Shown in pieces: positions 1 through 10,926 of a stretch of DNA of 64,000 bases (its first letter is position 1; each line of letters opens with the position of its first letter). Source of the DNA: Spirochaetota bacterium (GTDB lineage: Bacteria > Spirochaetota > UBA4802 > JAFGDQ01); NCBI GenBank assembly GCA_043803405.1, contig JAZDKB010000016.1, positions 59,634-123,633 on the forward strand. The letters are read 5' to 3'. Made by a program: the position numbers and the translations under genes. The notes beneath the pieces were generated by a model. That model worked only from the letters and a program-made list of their open reading frames with translations, made no database searches and was not told the DNA's origin.

Positions 1-1
1 A

Positions 2-1522
2 TGAATCATTTTTTTTCATCTTCTTTAAAATGAAATCCGATACCCAAGGAATATCATTATGGTAACCGGCAGCGTTCTCTGATCTGTCCACACACAGTAC
101 GGCAGAAACGGACGGATGCTCATTCTTTAAATAGTCAGAATAAATATTCGACATCGAAACATTATCTTCCAGTATTTTAAAATTAGTCCTGTCAAGATTA
201 TAAACCGGGCCGCCGCCGCGTTTGCGGACATTAAGATAAAAAGCCACAACTGGATATTTATCTGCTTCAACAGATGTCACTTCAATTTCAAGGTTTGTGT
301 ACACCGATTGCAGCGGAGAAAAAACAAAAATATTTTCCTGATTATAATCAAGGCAATACATAACCCCGTCTCTGTCGATATAAGAAGAAACAAGCTTGGA
401 AAAACTTTTTTTTCCGTTATCCCAGGATTCAAATTTAGATATTGCACCGTTTTCCGGTGAATAAAAAATCAATCCGGCCTTCTCGTCCGAAATTACCAGA
501 TTATTATTATAAATTCTTATGCCTCTCGGAATGCTGATGCCGCCCGGTGTTATATTTTTTACAAAATTTCCTGAGTCATCAAAATTCGCAATGCGTTTGT
601 TCCCAGTGTCGGTTACATAAACATTATCTTTCCGGACAAATATATTCGATGGATTATCAAGTTGTCCTTCATATTCTCCGGGTTCGCCGAATTTTAAAAT
701 GAAATTCCCGTCTTTATCGAACTTCTGTACCCGGTTGTTCCCGGAATCAACAACGTATATGTTACCATCTTCATCAAGGCATAAACCCTTTGGCCCGTGA
801 AAATTTCCGTCGGCCTTTCCTGAGGATCCTAACGATTTAATGAGTTTTAGGTTTTTATCGAGTATATGAGCAACGTCCATTTTAAAATCGGATACAACTA
901 CTCTGCTTTTATTGCAGTCAACTCCATAGTACCTTGTTCCTGTTCCCTGGCTGAATACCGATTGTCCCTCGCCGTTGGAATTCAGTTTTATAAGCTTGCC
1001 TGAATAAAAAGATGTAATATATATATTCTTTTCAGAATCAATTGCCAGGTCAATTGGTTTTGGAAATCTGAATCTGCCAAGATCGTCGGACTTGTACGAA
1101 TCGGTATAAACATACTCATTTCGGCCAATTGCAAATTTAGTATGCATGTTCGCAGACATTCTGTATCTTAGTGAATCAAGCTTGTTCATTACAGATACAT
1201 TTTTGGAAGACATGCCTGCAATGATCTCCCATTCTTTTATAGCTTCATTTACATAGCCGGCCAGTTTATACGATCTCGCAAGGTATTCCCTTGCAGTATA
1301 ATATTCGGGATAAACGGAAACAGCCTTTCTGAAATATTCAACAGCGGACAGATACTGCATGCGGTTAAAATATATAAAGCCTTTTTTAAAATGATCTTTT
1401 GCGGATTCGAATGTCGAAAGCTCACTTGATTCCGAGAAAGTGTTTTTAATATTAATAAAAGAAAATATTAATAGAAGGATAATTAAGCTTATATGTTTTA
1501 CTGTGTTTTTTTTACTTAACAT
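2..1522 (-). CDS. Exported TPR + NHL-repeat (beta-propeller) protein with start of a VWA-like domain; runs off the window at its 3' end
   Basis: Not in ORF track. Partial manual translation from ATG at 1522: MLSKKNTVKHISLIILLLIF (signal-like), TPR-like AKDHFKKGLYYFNRMQYLSAVEYFRKAV, NHL repeats FHGPKGLCLDEDGNIYVVDSGNNRVQKFD and LDNPSNIFVRKDNVYVTDTGNKRI, then VLCVDRS near the window edge. Confidence 0.8.
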   Translation of the reverse strand, partial: MLSKKNTVKHISLIILLLIFSFINIKNTFSESSELSTFESAKDHFKKGFIYFNRMQYLSAVEYFRKAVSVYPEYYTAREYLARSYKLAGYVNEAIKEWEIIAGMSSKNVSVMNKLDSLRYRMSANMHTKFAIGRNEYVYTDSYKSDDLGRFRFPKPIDLAIDSEKNIYITSFYSGKLIKLNSNGEGQSVFSQGTGTRYYGVDCNKSRVVVSDFKMDVAHILDKNLKLIKSLGSSGKADGNFHGPKGLCLDEDGNIYVVDSGNNRVQKFDKDGNFILKFGEPGEYEGQLDNPSNIFVRKDNVYVTDTGNKRIANFDDSGNFVKNITPGGISIPRGIRIYNNNLVISDEKAGLIFYSPENGAISKFESWDNGKKSFSKLVSSYIDRDGVMYCLDYNQENIFVFSPLQSVYTNLEIEVTSVEADKYPVVAFYLNVRKRGGGPVYNLDRTNFKILEDNVSMSNIYSDYLKNEHPSVSAVLCVDRSENAAGYHNDIPWVSDFILKKMKKNDS

Positions 1523-1596
1523 AATAAGTTTATCTTAAAGCTGGCTTTAGTGATATTAAATTACTCAACTGGATTGACTTTTTTATTTTAGATTCA

Positions 1597-1720
1597 AGAT
1601 AAATATCATAGTAATCATCGATTTTCTCGCCGCTAATGCATACATGCATACATCCTGTAAGAAGCGGCTCGCGACGGCATCCTGCCGCCTTAAAATTGAT
1701 GATTACTATGATATTTATCT
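1597..1720. repeat. Inverted-repeat element: 29-bp arms around a 66-nt GC-rich core (MITE/REP-like or structured RNA)
   Basis: 1597-1625 agataaatatcatagtaatcatcgatttt and 1692-1720 aaaattgatgattactatgatatttatct are 28/29 reverse-complementary. The core contains tacaTCCtgta and cggcaTCCtgccg hairpins. Confidence 0.85.
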
Positions 1721-1802
1721 ATAATTTAAAGCTAACATTAAGAAAAAGTCAGCTTAAATAGCGTCTCCGAGTCACTCCGAACCGGTATTATGCCATAAAT
1801 AG

Positions 1803-4610
1803 CTATAATACCCTTTTTATATATTGTCCTGTATAAGAGTTCTTTACTTTAGCAATATTTTCAGGAATACCCTCCGCTATTACGTAACCACCGTCATTTC
1901 CGCCGTCCGGCCCAAGATCAATAATCCAGTCTGCTGTTTTAATAACATCCAGGTTATGTTCAATTACAATTACAGTATTGCCTTTATCAACCAGGGATTT
2001 TAAAATATCAAGCAGCTTTTTTATATCCGCAAAATGAAGTCCTGTTGTTGGCTCATCAAGAATATAAATCGTTTTGCCTGTGGATCTCTTTGCGAGTTCC
2101 GTCGCAAGCTTAACCCTTTGCGCTTCTCCACCTGAAAGCGTTGTAGCAGACTGTCCCAGCTTTATGTATCCGAGACCTACCCTGTTCAGCACTTCAAGCT
2201 TGGTTGAGACAGCCGGAATATTTTCAAAAAACTCCAGGGCTTCCTTTACTGACATCTCGAGAATCTCGTAAATATTCTTCCCCTTATACCGGATCTCAAG
2301 AGTCTCATGATTATATCTTCTGCCCTTGCATACCTCGCATGTTATGTATATATCGGATAAAAAATGCATCTCAATTTTTTTCAATCCATCGCCCTGGCAC
2401 GATTCGCATCTGCCGCCGGCAACATTAAATGAAAACCGGCCAGGTTCATATCCCCTCATTTTAGATTCAGACAGCTTTGCAAACAGGTCTCGTATAGGGG
2501 TAAAAAGCCCCGTGTAAGTTGCAGGATTTGATCTGGGCGTCCTCCCGATAGCCGACTGGTCTATATCTATTACCTTATCAAGTCTTTCAATTCCGAATAT
2601 CTTTTTGAATTTTCCTGGAAAAACTTTACTCTTCATAAGAATCGAAGATAATGCTTTATATAGGATCTCGATTATTAATGTCGATTTTCCCGACCCGGAT
2701 ACTCCCGTTACGCAGGTCAATACTCCAAGCGGAAATTGGACATTAATATCTTTTAAATTATTCTCGCATGCTCCCTGAATTTCGATAAAGCCGTTTGGTT
2801 CCCTCCGTTTCTCCGGTACAGGTATCGTTAATTTTCCGGAAAGATACTGCCCTGTAAGCGACTTCTCGTTCAGCGCTATTTCCTCTGCTGTTCCTTTTGC
2901 GACTATGTATCCGCCGTCAAGGCCGGCGCCCGGCCCAAGGTCAATTACATAATCCGATTCCCTTATCGTTTCCTCGTCGTGTTCAACTACGATCACGGTG
3001 TTCCCAAGGTCACGCATATGCTTAAGTGTATCCAGAAGCCTTTTGTTGTCGCGCTGGTGAAGGCCTATGCTGGGTTCATCGAGGATATACAGAACGCCCA
3101 TAAGGCTGGAGCCGATTTGTGTCGCAAGCCGGATTCTCTGCGCTTCTCCCCCTGAAAGAGTGCCCGCGGCTCTGCTGAGCGTAAGGTAATCGATTCCGAC
3201 ATCCTTAAGAAATTTAAGCCTTGTTTTTATCTCGTTGATTACCTGATGAGCGATCTTTTTCTGTATGTCGTTAAGTTCAATGTCCGTAAAAAATTTAATC
3301 CCGTCTTTAATTGAAAATGATGTCATCTCCCCTATGGTAATGCCGGCAACCTTTACTGCAAGGCTTTCCGGGCGCAGCCTCATACCCTTGCACACGTCGC
3401 AGTCGTGGTTTGTCATAAAACTCTCCATCCACTCCCGCATATATTCGGATTTGGTCTCTTTATATCTTCTTTCGAGATTAGGGATTACTCCCTCAAACGA
3501 ACGATGGAACTTATATTCATCGCTGTTTCTCCGGATATTGAAATTCATTTTAATATTTCCGGAGCCGTTGAGGATAATATCTTTAATTTTTTCAGGAAGG
3601 TTTTTCCATGGCTTGTTCGCATCGAATCCGAAATTGCGCTCAAGCGCCTTAATCTGTTCCTGATACCAGTAGCTCGTTGTTTTCCCCCATGCTTCAATTA
3701 CGCCTTCATAAAGCGACTTGTCCGGTTCTGTGATTAAAAGAGCAGGATCAAACTGCATAATAAATCCAAGCCCGCTGCACCTGGGACACGCACCGTAAGG
3801 ACTGTTAAAGGAAAACATTCTTGGGGAGAGTTCGGGAATGGAAATCCCGCAATCCGGGCACGAAAGCTTTGTGGAAAAAAGTCTTTCTTCGGAATCGGTA
3901 ACTATAATTACTAGGCCGTCTGCTATCTCCATAGCCGTCTCAACTGAGTCAGCCAAACGCGGCCTAATACCGTTCTTCAGCACAATCCTGTCTACGATAA
4001 TTTCGATATTGTGCTTCTTCGTCTTTGATATCTTTATGGTTTCATCCAGGTTCATGAACTCGCCGTCCACCCTCACCCTGGCAAAACCGTTTTTCTTTGC
4101 GGATTCGAATTTCTCTTCATGTTCGCCCTTTCTGCCGCGGACGACCGGAGCAAGAATCTGCATTTTAGTGCCCGCAGGATACGTTAATACCGACTCGACT
4201 ATCTGATCAACCGACTGGGAAGAAATCTTTTTACCGCACTTGTAGCAGTATGGCTCACCTACGCGCGCATAAAGCAGGCGGAAATAATCGTATATCTCGG
4301 TAACTGTTCCGACTGTTGATCTGGGATTTCTGTGGGTTGTTTTTTGTTCAATAGAAATCGCCGGGGAAAGGCCGTCGATAAACTCAACGTCCGGTTTTTC
4401 TATCATGCCTAAAAATTGTCTCGCGTAGGCGGACAGCGATTCAACATATCTGCGCTGGCCTTCAGCATATATCGTATCGAAAGCAAGTGAGGATTTTCCC
4501 GAACCTGAAAGGCCGGTAATTACAACTAATTTGTCTCTGGGGATATCAACTGAAATATTTTTAAGATTATGCTCTTTTGCGCCTCTAATCCTTATGTCTT
4601 TTTCACTCAT
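1803..4610 (-). CDS. uvrA: Excinuclease ABC subunit A
   Basis: [14 protein letters not shown], two Walker A motifs ([18 protein letters not shown]), two LSGGEAQR signatures, Zn fingers. Start placed at MSEKD (4610), an ATGA overlap with the upstream stop. Confidence 0.98.
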   Translation of the reverse strand: MSEKDIRIRGAKEHNLKNISVDIPRDKLVVITGLSGSGKSSLAFDTIYAEGQRRYVESLSAYARQFLGMIEKPDVEFIDGLSPAISIEQKTTHRNPRSTVGTVTEIYDYFRLLYARVGEPYCYKCGKKISSQSVDQIVESVLTYPAGTKMQILAPVVRGRKGEHEEKFESAKKNGFARVRVDGEFMNLDETIKISKTKKHNIEIIVDRIVLKNGIRPRLADSVETAMEIADGLVIIVTDSEERLFSTKLSCPDCGISIPELSPRMFSFNSPYGACPRCSGLGFIMQFDPALLITEPDKSLYEGVIEAWGKTTSYWYQEQIKALERNFGFDANKPWKNLPEKIKDIILNGSGNIKMNFNIRRNSDEYKFHRSFEGVIPNLERRYKETKSEYMREWMESFMTNHDCDVCKGMRLRPESLAVKVAGITIGEMTSFSIKDGIKFFTDIELNDIQKKIAHQVINEIKTRLKFLKDVGIDYLTLSRAAGTLSGGEAQRIRLATQIGSSLMGVLYILDEPSIGLHQRDNKRLLDTLKHMRDLGNTVIVVEHDEETIRESDYVIDLGPGAGLDGGYIVAKGTAEEIALNEKSLTGQYLSGKLTIPVPEKRREPNGFIEIQGACENNLKDINVQFPLGVLTCVTGVSGSGKSTLIIEILYKALSSILMKSKVFPGKFKKIFGIERLDKVIDIDQSAIGRTPRSNPATYTGLFTPIRDLFAKLSESKMRGYEPGRFSFNVAGGRCESCQGDGLKKIEMHFLSDIYITCEVCKGRRYNHETLEIRYKGKNIYEILEMSVKEALEFFENIPAVSTKLEVLNRVGLGYIKLGQSATTLSGGEAQRVKLATELAKRSTGKTIYILDEPTTGLHFADIKKLLDILKSLVDKGNTVIVIEHNLDVIKTADWIIDLGPDGGNDGGYVIAEGIPENIAKVKNSYTGQYIKRVL

Positions 4611-4903
4611 ATCTGGGTTATAGCAATGGAACCGCACATTGGGCATGCTATATCAAATTCTTCTCTCTCAATGTTATCTTTGTTATCTATAACAATATCA
4701 TCCCATCTGTAATCGCAATCATCGCATGCAAAACTTAAATGTACTTTTGTCTCTTCTTCGTCTTCTTCTAATTCCTTTTCAGCATCCTCGTCTTTTTCTT
4801 CTTCATGCTCTAATTCATCATAATAATTGTCTTTGCTCTCATCATCGCCGAAATTGCCTTCATAAAATTTTTCGTTAGAATTTATTCCAAATATATCGTT
4901 CAT
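4607..4903 (-). CDS. Small, highly acidic protein with C-terminal zinc ribbon (CDDC...CPMC)
   Basis: 98-aa ORF, about 35 D/E residues, two CxxC pairs; stop overlaps the uvrA start. Confidence 0.75.
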   Translation of the reverse strand: MNDIFGINSNEKFYEGNFGDDESKDNYYDELEHEEEKDEDAEKELEEDEEETKVHLSFACDDCDYRWDDIVIDNKDNIEREEFDIACPMCGSIAITQI

Positions 4904-5088
4904 AACATCACCCTATCCGAAATTTTATGCGTTAAAAATTGTTTTCAAATTCATCCGCAAGCGCTGGTAAAACATCTTAAAATAATTTGTAAATTAGAAT
5001 TTTCTATGTTTTTTTGTCAAATAATTTTAAAATAAATTTAAAAATTAAATAATCCGCAATTCATTGATTTCCTGAACACAAAAAAGAA

Positions 5089-7560
5089 TCAGTGCTGGGA
5101 CTCCTGTCTTTGCTCTAACGGATATACCTGTGTTTTTTGCAATTTATCGCCTTCAAAGGCTTTTAATGTAAGTGCGATAAAAAAGAGTTGTTCATAATAC
5201 ATCAATCTGTCTTTGTTCTCGGCGCCCCAATTCTCAGTCTTTCTTTGCACACTATAGAAAAATCCAACTTCCCAGCAATGCAGATCATGTAATATATTGA
5301 TAAACAGGTTCCGAAGAGTAAAAACCGCGTTTCTTGACCTCTCCCTGTCATAAAAGTACAATGATTTTTCCAAATCGTCAAAGAAATTTTTATTATATAG
5401 CAAATAAGCCCTGTCAGCCTGCGATCCACTCCCGATTTCCAAACGCCATAGCTTAACTACATCAATATATAAAGCCCATTTTAACGACATTGTGTCCCTG
5501 AATGGGAACCTGTAATCGTGAAAAAAGTTATACCCGATTTCAAAATTTCTAACCTGTTTAACAACAGGCAAAGCAAAATTTCCCGTAGTAAATTTTAAAT
5601 CTAGAGTGTCATAGCCGGATTTCCTGTCTTTCGTTATGTACAGATAATTATTCACAGCCTCTATTCCTGAATAAAACAGCCCTGCTTTACGGTTTGACGC
5701 GGAACCCGAGTCATAGAATAACCGGCAAAAATCCAGAAAGATCCTGTTACTTACTGCAATATTTTTGAATCTCTCATCATCGTAAGGATAATTTACTCTT
5801 GCATCGTAAATCGTGGTAACCGACATTTTTATATCATCGTGCGGCAGTAAAAAAATACCGCCTGCAAATTCATTTCGTTTTTCGTGAACAAACGGCTCAA
5901 TAGTTTCCTTTTCAAGATAAGATCTTCTGAAATAATGCGCTGTCTGCAGGTAATATTTCGGAAGGCCGAACTTTAATGTATTTGATACTTCAAAATACTC
6001 ATAGCTGTTCTTTTCTGCGGAAGCTTCTGCGGATCTTTTTGCCAACTCATCATTATTATACGGGCCTCTGACCCATTGCGCCACAAAACCGTTTTGAATA
6101 CCGGGTGTATATGTAAAATAGTTTAGAAACGGAAAGTCCGTATTTATTAATAAATAACCGGATGGCCTGTATTCTGTGCTGTAATAATGCCCGTGATCAT
6201 ACTGTTTTGTTGAATTACCGGCACAGTTAAAAAACCAGTTGATCTTTTGCTTATTATAATCGCTGTTTCCATCGTTATAGTTAAAAAGATAAAAAGAATC
6301 ATTATATGTAAAATTAAAGACCGGGAGCTGATCTGTATACGGCACATATCTTCCCTTGACAGAATAATTATTGACAGTATTAAGAGGATCGGTTGTGTCC
6401 CATATCCATTGCCTGGACAGCTTCAGAGAAATATCATGATTTGTGCTTTTATCGCCTATAGTATAATTCCAGTTAAGTAATGACTTTTGTTTTAAATCAG
6501 GCGGCATATATCCGAACATCATGAAGGATGCTATAGGCTCTCGCCTTGCGTCATAATATCTTTCAAATTCCCAGTTGTTCATCCACTCAAATTTAACCGA
6601 ACTGTATGAATACGAAGTATTTCTTTTATTAAATGAATAGTCATTATTTAAAACCACTTTAAACCAGTTATCATTCTCGCCTTCCGGCAGCGGTTTATTC
6701 ACCCATTTTGAACCTGATGGTTCCGCGTATTGATATTTTGCCCCTGCAAAATATATAAATGTGCTGGAATCCGTGCTTTTACTTTTATACTCAACACCGC
6801 CATAAGAACCCAATTTATCGTAAACATCCAGTTTGTATTTCCATTTATCTTTGTTTTCGGACGTATATTTAACCGTATTCTGCATAAATGATCCCCTTCT
6901 GCCGCCCTGGCCGAACTGGGTAATAATACCGACTCCGTCATCGGAATGAGCAATTAAAGGTAAATAAAAAAGGGGAACATCGCCTACTTTATAAATTACA
7001 TTAAAAGCAATAATCCTTTTATCCCGGTAGATAATGACTTTTTTTGCAGAAAAATGATAATGCGGTCTTTCAAGCTCGCATGTGGAAAAATCCATGTTAT
7101 CGGAAAAATAGGTTTTTTTATTTACGATGCGGATCTTTTTCGTATCGAAAATAACAGGCTTTCCTGTCGATTTTGCATCATAAAGAACACCTGCATTGTC
7201 TTTTACATTAAATACGCCTTTGCCTGCATGTATACGGTTATTACCGTCCTCCAGCAGCAGATCGCCTGTAATAGTAACATCGCCGGTATTTTTGTTATAA
7301 ACAATCCTGCGGGAATATATTTTTTTACCGTCAAATTCCATCTTAATATTTCCGGTTAAAACAAGAATATCTTCCCCTGACTCAGCCATTTTAATAAATT
7401 CACCTTCATCTGCTCCGGAAAAAATCAAACCTTCATTTACCGGTTGTTTGGATGAATCCTGAATATGTATAATTTTCCCATGCTTTTGTTTTTCCTCAGC
7501 AATTAGAGTTATTTGCAGTAATAAAAATATTAGTATTGCAATATATGAAAATATTTTCAA
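5089..7560 (-). CDS. lptD: LptD/OstA-like outer-membrane LPS-assembly protein
   Basis: Signal peptide, N-terminal jellyroll-like region, FSTCELERPHYHFSAKKV...VPLFYLP, aromatic-rich barrel region, late HDLHCWE motif; TTG start. Confidence 0.7.
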   Translation of the reverse strand: MKIFSYIAILIFLLLQITLIAEEKQKHGKIIHIQDSSKQPVNEGLIFSGADEGEFIKMAESGEDILVLTGNIKMEFDGKKIYSRRIVYNKNTGDVTITGDLLLEDGNNRIHAGKGVFNVKDNAGVLYDAKSTGKPVIFDTKKIRIVNKKTYFSDNMDFSTCELERPHYHFSAKKVIIYRDKRIIAFNVIYKVGDVPLFYLPLIAHSDDGVGIITQFGQGGRRGSFMQNTVKYTSENKDKWKYKLDVYDKLGSYGGVEYKSKSTDSSTFIYFAGAKYQYAEPSGSKWVNKPLPEGENDNWFKVVLNNDYSFNKRNTSYSYSSVKFEWMNNWEFERYYDARREPIASFMMFGYMPPDLKQKSLLNWNYTIGDKSTNHDISLKLSRQWIWDTTDPLNTVNNYSVKGRYVPYTDQLPVFNFTYNDSFYLFNYNDGNSDYNKQKINWFFNCAGNSTKQYDHGHYYSTEYRPSGYLLINTDFPFLNYFTYTPGIQNGFVAQWVRGPYNNDELAKRSAEASAEKNSYEYFEVSNTLKFGLPKYYLQTAHYFRRSYLEKETIEPFVHEKRNEFAGGIFLLPHDDIKMSVTTIYDARVNYPYDDERFKNIAVSNRIFLDFCRLFYDSGSASNRKAGLFYSGIEAVNNYLYITKDRKSGYDTLDLKFTTGNFALPVVKQVRNFEIGYNFFHDYRFPFRDTMSLKWALYIDVVKLWRLEIGSGSQADRAYLLYNKNFFDDLEKSLYFYDRERSRNAVFTLRNLFINILHDLHCWEVGFFYSVQRKTENWGAENKDRLMYYEQLFFIALTLKAFEGDKLQKTQVYPLEQRQESQH

Positions 7561-7892
7561 CTTATGTCTCTTTTTAGATTAGGCAGGATTGAACGAGATA
7601 CATCTCTGCCTGCAAATTTGCAGATGGGGAATATGCCCCTTTGTAAGATATGTAATTTATTAAATTGCCGTTAAATTTATGTAAATAAAAAATTAATATT
7701 GCATTTCATATCCGTAGTATTAAAAAATAGTGCGGATATACATTGTTAATTGTGTGTATCAAAATTACTATAAGGTAATAAACGATCTTCGGACGAAACT
7801 CAAATATTATTAATCGATAAAATAATTTATACTGTGACGGAGTTTTTAAACAGTTTAAATTAAATAATTACTGATTTTAAAAAATAAAAATT

Positions 7893-9539
7893 ATGACACC
7901 CAGACATTTCCTTAAAACTCTTATTATCACTTTATTATTTCTTTCAGCAACTGGCAAACTCTACGCCGGATATTATGATGAAGGATGTAAATTCTTCAGT
8001 TACAAGAACTACGAAAAAGCAAGAGATATGTTTTTAAAAAGCATTGAGGCCAGTGATGATGGCAATTCATATTACTTTATGGGAGAAATCGAAAAAATTG
8101 AAGGGAATTACGATAAAGCAGAAGAGTATTATAAACTAGCCGTAACTAAATACATGAATGCCAAATATAAAAAACTCGCATACTGGAATATAATAGTACT
8201 TAAAGAACAGAAAGGCAAATACAACGAAATGGTAATTGCCTGCAGGGAATTATGGGATGCGATGAGGGATGATGGTGCGAAGAAAAAAGTGGAAGCTCTA
8301 ATCAATAAGTTTTTATGGACAGACAATGATGAAGCCAAGTCCCTTTATAACAGCGGAGCTGAATATAAAAAAAAGAATGTTCATGATAAAGCAAGAGAAG
8401 CCTTTTATAATGCACAGCGCATCGATTCCGCTTTTCTTGCTCCGAAATTCGAACTTGGACTAATGTTCTACAATGAAAAGAACGCCAGCCAGGCCATTGA
8501 TTATTTTAACGACATAATTGATAAAATACCGTTTTACGGAGAAGTTCACTTACTTTTAGGAGATATTTACTTCAACAAACAATCTTACAGGAATGCTATT
8601 GATCATTTGAGTAAAGCCGGAGAATACGGTTTTTTCGACAATAAAACAAAATATTCTCTGGTTTTTAAAATCGGAACTTCCTACTATGAAACAGGAGATT
8701 TTGAAAAAGCTCAAGAGGAATTCATCTTTGCTTCCGAACTCAATAAAAAGGCGTTGGATCCACTACTATTTTTATCCGCTATTTATATAAAGAAAAATAA
8801 TTATGAGCAGGCTATATCAGTTCTTTTAAAAGCAAAAGAACTGAATCAGAATAATCCTGAAATTATTTTTCAAATCGGCAGTATTTATTATAAAATGAAT
8901 GATCAGAAATATACGCAATACTTCAGCCAGTTATTAAACAAATATTTTCAATCTAAAGAAACGATCCCGCAGAAGTATTTAAAAGCTTTTACTTTGCTTT
9001 TAAAAAACAATTATGATAATAAAAAATATGATGATGCCTCAAAAATTATAGAAATACTCCCCGAATCTCAAAAGTCCGGCGACATAAATCTTATGTCGGC
9101 AAAATCGTATCACTATACAGGCAAACACGAGAAAGCAATTGAATACTTTGAAAAGCTTTCTCTTGGTAATGATGATAGATATTTGCTTTGCATCTCTTAT
9201 GCCAGGTCCGGGTCCGCGGTTAAAGCTAAAGAATTGTTATTGAGTTTGTCAAATATAAACGGTTACTTTGAAAAATCCAAATCGGATGCTGCCATAAAAA
9301 AAATAGCGTACGAAATTGAAAATGACAGATTAAGAAAAGAAGAAGAAAGAAAAGCGGAAGAGAAAAGGAGATCGGACGAAGAAAAGCGGAAAGAAGAGAA
9401 AATAATAGAAGACAAACTTATTGAGGAAAAACTAAAGGAAGAAAAAATCAAAGCTGAAAAAGAAAAATTAAACGCTCCCAGGGAAGAAAATAATAATACG
9501 TTGCCGGCACAGGTAAATAATCCGGTAAATCCTCAGTAG
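7893..9539 (+). CDS. Exported multi-TPR protein with charged coiled-coil C-terminus
   Basis: Signal peptide, repeated YxxA..F TPR helices, E/K/R-rich tail. Confidence 0.85.
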   Translation: MTPRHFLKTLIITLLFLSATGKLYAGYYDEGCKFFSYKNYEKARDMFLKSIEASDDGNSYYFMGEIEKIEGNYDKAEEYYKLAVTKYMNAKYKKLAYWNIIVLKEQKGKYNEMVIACRELWDAMRDDGAKKKVEALINKFLWTDNDEAKSLYNSGAEYKKKNVHDKAREAFYNAQRIDSAFLAPKFELGLMFYNEKNASQAIDYFNDIIDKIPFYGEVHLLLGDIYFNKQSYRNAIDHLSKAGEYGFFDNKTKYSLVFKIGTSYYETGDFEKAQEEFIFASELNKKALDPLLFLSAIYIKKNNYEQAISVLLKAKELNQNNPEIIFQIGSIYYKMNDQKYTQYFSQLLNKYFQSKETIPQKYLKAFTLLLKNNYDNKKYDDASKIIEILPESQKSGDINLMSAKSYHYTGKHEKAIEYFEKLSLGNDDRYLLCISYARSGSAVKAKELLLSLSNINGYFEKSKSDAAIKKIAYEIENDRLRKEEERKAEEKRRSDEEKRKEEKIIEDKLIEEKLKEEKIKAEKEKLNAPREENNNTLPAQVNNPVNPQ

Positions 9540-9649
9540 GTGAATTTATATTACTCTTTGTGATAATAAATTCAAAATAATTTTTTAAAGCCGGTACAAT
9601 ATTACCCGAAGAGAATTATCCGAATGTGTATAACCGATAATAAACTAAT

Positions 9650-10432
9650 ATGTTAAAGATAAATAATTTATTTCTAACAATGGATAAAACAGAAATATTG
9701 AAAGATATTAATATTTCTTTTAATGAAGGAGAAATAATCGGAATTATAGGAAAATCCGGTGCTGGAAAGACTGCACTATTAAAAGTAATTGCCGGATTAA
9801 TAAAGAATTTTTCAGGCGAGATACTGCTTAACGACAAGTCAATCAAATCAATTCAGGTAAAGGATATTCAAAAACAAATAACTTTATTATTAAGCAATAA
9901 TTCTTTGGATATTATTGACGACACTGTTTTTAATTACCTATTACAATCGAGAAAATCATTTAAAAAATTTTTAAATCCATTTTCCGATGTTGATATACAA
10001 ATTACAGAAGAATATATTAATTTATTTAATCTTGATAAATTCAAAAACAAAAAAGTTCTTAAGCTCTCCGATGGTATCTATAAAAAGGTTGCTGTCGCAT
10101 TTCCATTTATTAAAAGCTCCGACATTTTATTAATGGATAATCCAACAAGCAATTTAGATATAGAGTCATTTTCATTATTGCAAAAGGCAATATTTAAATA
10201 TTCAATAAACGGCAATAAAATAATAATAATTGCTTCAAACGATTTAAACTTTTTACTTCAAACAGCTGATAAAATAGTGATAATGGAAGAAGGTGGAATT
10301 ACAGCAGAAACCAGTCCGGACCATATAGACACGCAGATTATTAAAAAAATATTTAATACTGAAGTACTGTTATCCAGAAATATTTATAACGGGAAGCTGA
10401 CAGTTCATCAGTTTCTAAGCGGAGCAGGATAA
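9650..10432 (+). CDS. ABC-type ATP-binding protein (Fe/cobalamin importer-like) with degenerate catalytic motifs
   Basis: Walker A GKSGAGKT intact; signature LSDGI, Walker B ILLMDN, H-loop IASND. Confidence 0.8.
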   Translation: MLKINNLFLTMDKTEILKDINISFNEGEIIGIIGKSGAGKTALLKVIAGLIKNFSGEILLNDKSIKSIQVKDIQKQITLLLSNNSLDIIDDTVFNYLLQSRKSFKKFLNPFSDVDIQITEEYINLFNLDKFKNKKVLKLSDGIYKKVAVAFPFIKSSDILLMDNPTSNLDIESFSLLQKAIFKYSINGNKIIIIASNDLNFLLQTADKIVIMEEGGITAETSPDHIDTQIIKKIFNTEVLLSRNIYNGKLTVHQFLSGAG

Positions 10433-10450
10433 AGGGGCAATGTTCTGTAA

Positions 10451-10789
10451 TTATGCCTTTGCTACTCCTTCTTCAATATTATCAATAAAAGTGATGTGAG
10501 GCAAAACATCCATTACTTCCAGCATTTTAATGAGACCGTCTCTCAATCCCATAATCATTACGCGTTTTTTTCTTTTACGTGCACTATTCGAAACATTTAT
10601 AAGGGAAGACAGCCCGCCTGAAGTGATCACGCTTACCTCCCTCATATCCAATATGACATTATTTTTTTGCGATAAACTGTTTACTACACTTTCAAATTCT
10701 ATTTTTGAAGAATTTGAAATATTACCGGAAAATTTGACAATCTTCACACCATCATACTCGCTAATGGAATAAGAAATCTCAGTATTCAA
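10451..10789 (-). CDS. STAS domain protein (anti-anti-sigma-like)
   Basis: VKFSGNI...VILDMREVSVITSGGLSSL STAS pattern; TTG start. Confidence 0.85.
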   Translation of the reverse strand: MNTEISYSISEYDGVKIVKFSGNISNSSKIEFESVVNSLSQKNNVILDMREVSVITSGGLSSLINVSNSARKRKKRVMIMGLRDGLIKMLEVMDVLPHITFIDNIEEGVAKA

Positions 10790-10926
10790 TCTAATGACCT
10801 AATATCTTTAATTAAAATGCTATATATTATTTAAGCGAAAGTTCATTATTATTGGCTTTGAAAATATAATCCTGTACAAATAATTCATATCTTAAGCGTG
10901 TACGAGATTTATAATGAGCGACTCCA

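Noticed and set aside
4611..4646. Longer N-termini in the ORF track (uvrA, cheY2, cheW2, cheB2, rpoA, ORF 26575)
   Set aside because: Downstream ATGs have SD sequences or coupling and match family N-termini.
4904..5088. LexA box upstream of the uvrA unit
   Set aside because: No convincing dyad matching an SOS box I know.
7585..7640. GTTCAATCC T-loop-like motif suggesting a tRNA
   Set aside because: No acceptor, D or anticodon arms can be formed.
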